Assembly: GCA_964370295.1 (NCBI GenBank)
Contig: CAYJIR010000003.1
Coordinates: 17,224 to 81,223, forward strand
Source: an uncultured Oscillospiraceae bacterium
GTDB lineage: Bacteria; Bacillota; Clostridia; Oscillospirales; Ruminococcaceae
Length of the DNA: 64,000 bases
Direction of reading: 5' to 3'
Position 1 is the stretch's first letter. The number at the start of each line of letters is the position of its first letter. Below, piece after piece: positions 60,750 through 64,000 of the stretch. The notes beneath the pieces are model-generated. The model saw only the letters and a list, made by a program, of their open reading frames with translations. It did not search any database and had not been told where the DNA came from. The translations under genes were made by a program, and so were the position numbers.

Positions 60750-61427
60750 ATGGAATATCGTATCGAAGGCGGCTCTTTACCCGTTGTGCTTTGCCAATTG
60801 CAGGCCGGTGAATCTGTCATCAATGAAAGTGGCTCCATGGTTTGGATGACCTCTAACATGAAGATGGAAACCATTGGTGGTGGCGCTTCCAAAATGTTGG
60901 GTCGCTTGCTTTCCGGTGACACAATGTTCCAAAATGCGTTTACAGCCGAGGGTGGCCCGGGCGAAATTGCGTTTGCTCCGTCTGTCCCGGGCACCATAGT
61001 TCCCATCGAGGTTACACCGGACAGACCCGTTGTCCTGCAAAAATCGGCTTTCTTGGCTGCCACACGCGGTGTAGAACTTTCTGTTTTCTTTAACAAAAAA
61101 TTAGGTGCCGGCCTATTTGGTGGCGAAGGTTTTATTATGCAAAAAGTAACCGGATCTGGCATTGTATTTGTCGAAATTGATGGCCATGCTGTGGAATACA
61201 CCTTGGCTGCCGGCCAAAGCATGATAGTGGATACAGGCAACTTGGCTATTATGGACCACACTTGCACCATGGACATTCAAAAAGTTCCCGGTGTGAAAAA
61301 TATGTTTTTTGGCGGCGAGGGTGTTTTCAACACCTTGGTTACCGGCCCCGGAAAAATCACCGTGCAAAGCATGCCTGTAAGTAGTTTAGCCGACGCTTTG
61401 CGCCCCTTCTTCCCCTCCAACAAATAA
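60750..61427 (+). CDS. AIM24/TIGR00266 family protein (DUF124)
   Basis: 225 aa. MEYRIEG, GGEGFIMQKVTGSG and GGEGVFNTLVTGPGKITVQSMP are characteristic of the family. Confidence 0.8.
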   Translation: MEYRIEGGSLPVVLCQLQAGESVINESGSMVWMTSNMKMETIGGGASKMLGRLLSGDTMFQNAFTAEGGPGEIAFAPSVPGTIVPIEVTPDRPVVLQKSAFLAATRGVELSVFFNKKLGAGLFGGEGFIMQKVTGSGIVFVEIDGHAVEYTLAAGQSMIVDTGNLAIMDHTCTMDIQKVPGVKNMFFGGEGVFNTLVTGPGKITVQSMPVSSLADALRPFFPSNK

Positions 61428-61523
61428 CCGCTATCGTACTGTATAGACGCGTAATCGGGGCGGTGTTGCCATAGCAACACCGCCCCACAAAATATAAACC
61501 CTGTTCTGCTTGCAACAAACATT

Positions 61524-61670
61524 TAATGCCACTGAACAAACAAAAAAGACATATACATATTATAAAAAGGTATGCCCCATAAAAGTGCTTTTCTGAGCAC
61601 TTTTATGGCCACCGCATTTTGCGGTGGCGCTGAATAAGCACCTGCAGGGGTTTATTCAGCAGACATTATT
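61524..61670 (+). repeat. composite multi-hairpin intergenic element, copy 2 (short form)
   Basis: The 5' module at 61527-61568 is followed by three hairpins. H1 pairs 61577-61588 with 61597-61608. H2 pairs 61609-61615 with 61621-61627. H3 pairs 61629-61637 with 61652-61660. The stems match copy 1 and the loops differ. Confidence 0.75.
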
Positions 61671-61690
61671 TACATCAAAGCATTTCCTTA

Positions 61691-62200
61691 TTATTTTCGC
61701 GCAATCATGCAATCTTGCACGCTAAGCTTTCTCTTTCTTGGGGTCTCGCTTTCGTCACTATAACCGAGAGGCATTACCATCATCAGTTCATACTCCTGCG
61801 CGCTCACACCACATAGCTTGGCCACTTCCTCTTTGTTACGCCGGATTTCTGCAATCCATACGGCACCCAACCCCAAACTATGCGCCGCGAGTAGCATGTT
61901 CTGCGCACAAGCTCCCATCGACCCTGCATCCTTCACTGTATCATATGCCACATTTGTATCTAAAAATTGGCATATCAAAACGGGAGCCCCTCTAATGATA
62001 TCTCCATATTGACACAACTGTGCAATATTTTCCTTACATTCTATATCTTGTATCACCGCAAATCTCCAGGGCTCATTCCCCTTTCCCGAAGGGGCTCTGG
62101 TGCCTGCCAAAAGCACTTGTTCTATTAAACTTTCCTCTACGGGCTTGTCCATATACTTTCTTACACTTTTTCTGGTTAAAATAGCCTGTATTGCCTGCAT
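61691..62200 (-). CDS. nitroreductase family protein
   Basis: ATG 62200 follows AAAGGAG. ILTRKSVRKY and RAPSGKGNEPWRF are typical of FMN nitroreductases. Confidence 0.85.
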   Translation of the reverse strand: MQAIQAILTRKSVRKYMDKPVEESLIEQVLLAGTRAPSGKGNEPWRFAVIQDIECKENIAQLCQYGDIIRGAPVLICQFLDTNVAYDTVKDAGSMGACAQNMLLAAHSLGLGAVWIAEIRRNKEEVAKLCGVSAQEYELMMVMPLGYSDESETPRKRKLSVQDCMIARK

Positions 62201-62319
62201 AATTTTCTCCTTTTTCCTTATATATATTGTTGCCCTCTGCATGGGCAGAGATATTTTTTTGCTATAGCCTCATCCAATCAGACATGAGTGTTATGTTCCA
62301 TTTGTAAAGGAGGTATACC

Positions 62320-62793
62320 GTGACAGAAGATCAATCTACACATCATCGCTCCCAAACCGGTGTTTGGCTCGTGTCCTTTTTATGCATGGGCCTTATTATT
62401 TTGGCCCTTTGTAGCGGTGCCGCGTATTCTGGCATATCCGCCGCCAACGACCAAATTGCATTGGCCTATCTGGAACAAATCGAGAGTGTTTACTATCTTG
62501 CGCAAGAAAGAGCCAAACATAGCGAATTAACACCCTCACCTTCGGAAAACGACATCACCCTATACTCCTACGAACACCCTGACACCGATGTGCTTTCTGA
62601 CTATTCCCTTTTTCTTTTGCAGGACATGCTTAACACCATGGGTAGCGACAGAACTTACGATTTTTCAATACATTCTTACGAAGACACGGATGGAGCACAT
62701 TTGGAAATCTCCTATTTTCCTACAAAAGGGCTAGAAAACCCCGAAAACCATGCCCACTATGTGTTGCAAAATGGCGTTTTTCTAAAAAAATAG
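62320..62793 (+). CDS. hypothetical membrane-anchored protein
   Basis: 157 aa with a GTG start after AAAGGAGG. It has one N-terminal TM helix and no recognisable motif. Confidence 0.5.
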   Translation: MTEDQSTHHRSQTGVWLVSFLCMGLIILALCSGAAYSGISAANDQIALAYLEQIESVYYLAQERAKHSELTPSPSENDITLYSYEHPDTDVLSDYSLFLLQDMLNTMGSDRTYDFSIHSYEDTDGAHLEISYFPTKGLENPENHAHYVLQNGVFLKK

Positions 62794-62855
62794 ATATAAC
62801 TATTTTATCATAACAGGTGGAATTATCTCATATTCATTTCTTTTTTATACAAAAA

Positions 62856-62886
62856 TGTCGAATTTTGTCGAACAATGGCAGTCGAT
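62856..62886 (+). promoter_or_regulatory. tandem Spo0A boxes upstream of spo0A
   Basis: Two exact TGTCGAA heptamers (62856-62862 and 62866-62872) plus a degenerate AGTCGAT (62880-62886), just upstream of the -35. Confidence 0.7.
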
Positions 62887-62901
62887 TTCTCTAAGAATTT
62901 A

Positions 62902-62930
62902 TTGCGTCCCATCGAAAATGGTGTTATAAT
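62902..62930 (+). promoter_or_regulatory. putative sigma-A promoter of spo0A
   Basis: TTGCGT (62902-62907), 17-nt spacer, TGt-TATAAT extended -10 (62925-62930). Confidence 0.55.
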
Positions 62931-63014
62931 GACATATCATTTTCTACAGTCTGATTTTGCCACAAACTGGTTTTGAGCCTGTGGTTCATTGCTCCCGATA
63001 ACTGGAGGTGTAAC

Positions 63015-63773
63015 ATGGATAATCCACTGCATGTACTAATGACCGAAACCTCACCAGAAGTATGTCATTTATGTGAAACGTCTTGGCCGATCCACAATAT
63101 CAACCTAAGTGTGTGTGCCCGCAATGGAATCTCTGCCTTTGAAGAACTATTAGAACTTCATCCTGACGCCGTTATCCTAGATGTATTCATGCCAGGCATG
63201 GATGCTATTTCCCTCAAAAAGAAGTTTGACGAAACACACAAAGAAAATTCTGTTCAATTTTACGCCATGGGCACTTTTCAAAGCGAAGAGATTGAGCGTG
63301 AAATGATGGACAGCGGTTTTTTATTTTACTTATTAAAGCCTTTTGATGTCACAGCTTTAGCCGATAGAATGTTGCGCAAAAAAAATGCGAATATCCCCTC
63401 CCTCAGCTTTGAAAGCTTGGAAGACGAAACCATGGTCACCGAAATGTTACGCAACATCGGTGTGCCCGCCCATATTAAAGGATACCGCTTTTTACGAGAA
63501 AGTGTTTTGCGCACCGTGGACGATCCTGCAGCTATCAACGCTGTTACCAAAGTATTGTATCCCGACATTGCCATAGCCTACCAAACTACCTCTTCTCGTG
63601 TAGAACGTGCTATCCGGCACGCCATAGAGGTGGCATGGGATCGTGGCGATATTGACACATTAAACTACTATTTTGGCTCTACAATCCATGCCTCTCGTGG
63701 GAAACCCACCAATTCAGAATTTATTGCCATGCTAGCAGACCGTGTGCTGATGGCAAAGAAACGTAACGCCTAA
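63015..63773 (+). CDS. spo0A: sporulation transcription factor Spo0A (atypical receiver acidic pocket)
   Basis: ATG 63015 follows GGAGG. The C-terminal domain is near-canonical (GVPAHIKGYRFLRE, KVLYPDIA, TSSRVERAIRHAIEVAW, KPTNSEFIAMLADR). The receiver domain retains ILDVFMP and LLKPF. Confidence 0.9.
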   Translation: MDNPLHVLMTETSPEVCHLCETSWPIHNINLSVCARNGISAFEELLELHPDAVILDVFMPGMDAISLKKKFDETHKENSVQFYAMGTFQSEEIEREMMDSGFLFYLLKPFDVTALADRMLRKKNANIPSLSFESLEDETMVTEMLRNIGVPAHIKGYRFLRESVLRTVDDPAAINAVTKVLYPDIAIAYQTTSSRVERAIRHAIEVAWDRGDIDTLNYYFGSTIHASRGKPTNSEFIAMLADRVLMAKKRNA

Positions 63774-63804
63774 GTATTTTCTTGCCCATCTAGGTTTCCT
63801 ATCA

Positions 63805-63853
63805 CGCCTGCTCCGTAAATCCCTTTTGAGATTTACGGAGCAGGCGTTGTTTG
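63805..63853. terminator. bidirectional terminator between spo0A and the convergent GGDEF gene
   Basis: 17-bp stem CGCCTGCTCCGTAAATC / GATTTACGGAGCAGGCG followed by TTGTTTG. The stop codon of the minus-strand gene lies inside the stem. Confidence 0.7.
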
Positions 63854-64000
63854 TCCTTCCAAAACGACCCCGCTTTCGATTTCTGTTCTCTGCGAAACAT
63901 ACTCCATAGCCATATCTTCATTATAAACTTGATAATTATTTTTTCCTTGTTTTTTCACATGGTATAAAGCAATATCAGCATTTTTATATAACTGCGGGTA
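63833..64000 (-). CDS. C-terminal fragment of a GGDEF-domain protein (runs off the window)
   Basis: Hand translation of the minus strand gives ...YPQLYKNADIALYHVKKQGKNNYQVYNEDMAMEYVSQRTEIESGVVLEGQTTPAP*. ADxALYxxKxxGKNxY is the usual end of GGDEF domains. It is not in the ORF track because it is shorter than 60 aa within the window. Confidence 0.6.
   Translation of the reverse strand, partial: YPQLYKNADIALYHVKKQGKNNYQVYNEDMAMEYVSQRTEIESGVVLEGQTTPAP

Noticed and set aside
60623-61276. 217-aa minus-strand ORF
   Set aside because: It is antisense to the well-supported AIM24/TIGR00266 gene. Its Pro/Ser-rich composition is typical of the reverse frame of a Gly-rich protein.

Overview
The window reads as a core chromosomal segment of a spore-forming Firmicute of the class Clostridia. 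The taxon call rests on Spo0A, a T-box leader, a CIRCE operator, DegV, a V-type ATPase operon and a GGGtGRT protein. It is densely coding and almost entirely housekeeping.

Gene content in order:
- prs-pth-GNAT-mfd
- a polytopic membrane protein, pncB, and a PBP5-type D-Ala-D-Ala carboxypeptidase
- a complete nine-gene V-type ATPase operon (G/H-like, I, K, E, C, F, A, B, D)
- a GGGtGRT / NifU-like gene pair
- degV, a PPi-type phosphofructokinase, dut, a U32 peptidase and zapA
- glgP plus a GH13 enzyme
- maf, a MinD paralogue and mgsA
- a dnaD-like / dnaI-like pair and ireB
- pheST behind a T-box leader, and thiT behind a TPP riboswitch
- a PAP2 phosphatase and a THUMP methyltransferase
- ferritin and desulfoferrodoxin, an MFS transporter and HAD hydrolases
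- tRNA-Arg(UCU) and tRNA-Gly(CCC)
- an amidohydrolase, a CNNM/CorC transporter, and htpG with a CIRCE operator
- plsY, an M50 protease, a C11 clostripain-like lipoprotein, an AIM24-family protein and a nitroreductase
- spo0A with upstream 0A boxes, and the 3' end of a GGDEF protein

I found no transposase, integrase, CRISPR array, restriction-modification or recognisable defence genes, and no obvious pseudogenes.

The most unusual signals:
1. A family of multi-hairpin intergenic elements. There are two long copies plus one truncated inverted copy. The stems are conserved while the loops differ.
2. The uncharacterised GGGtGRT plus NifU-like operon.
3. A MinD paralogue with a degenerate Walker A motif.
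4. A Spo0A whose receiver acidic pocket reads E-T instead of D-D.
5. A promoter-plus-terminator unit immediately upstream of desulfoferrodoxin.
6. An array of GTATACA motifs in front of the V-ATPase operon.

None of these amounts to a demonstrably new multi-gene system. All product calls come from motif and family recognition by eye, since no searches could be run.
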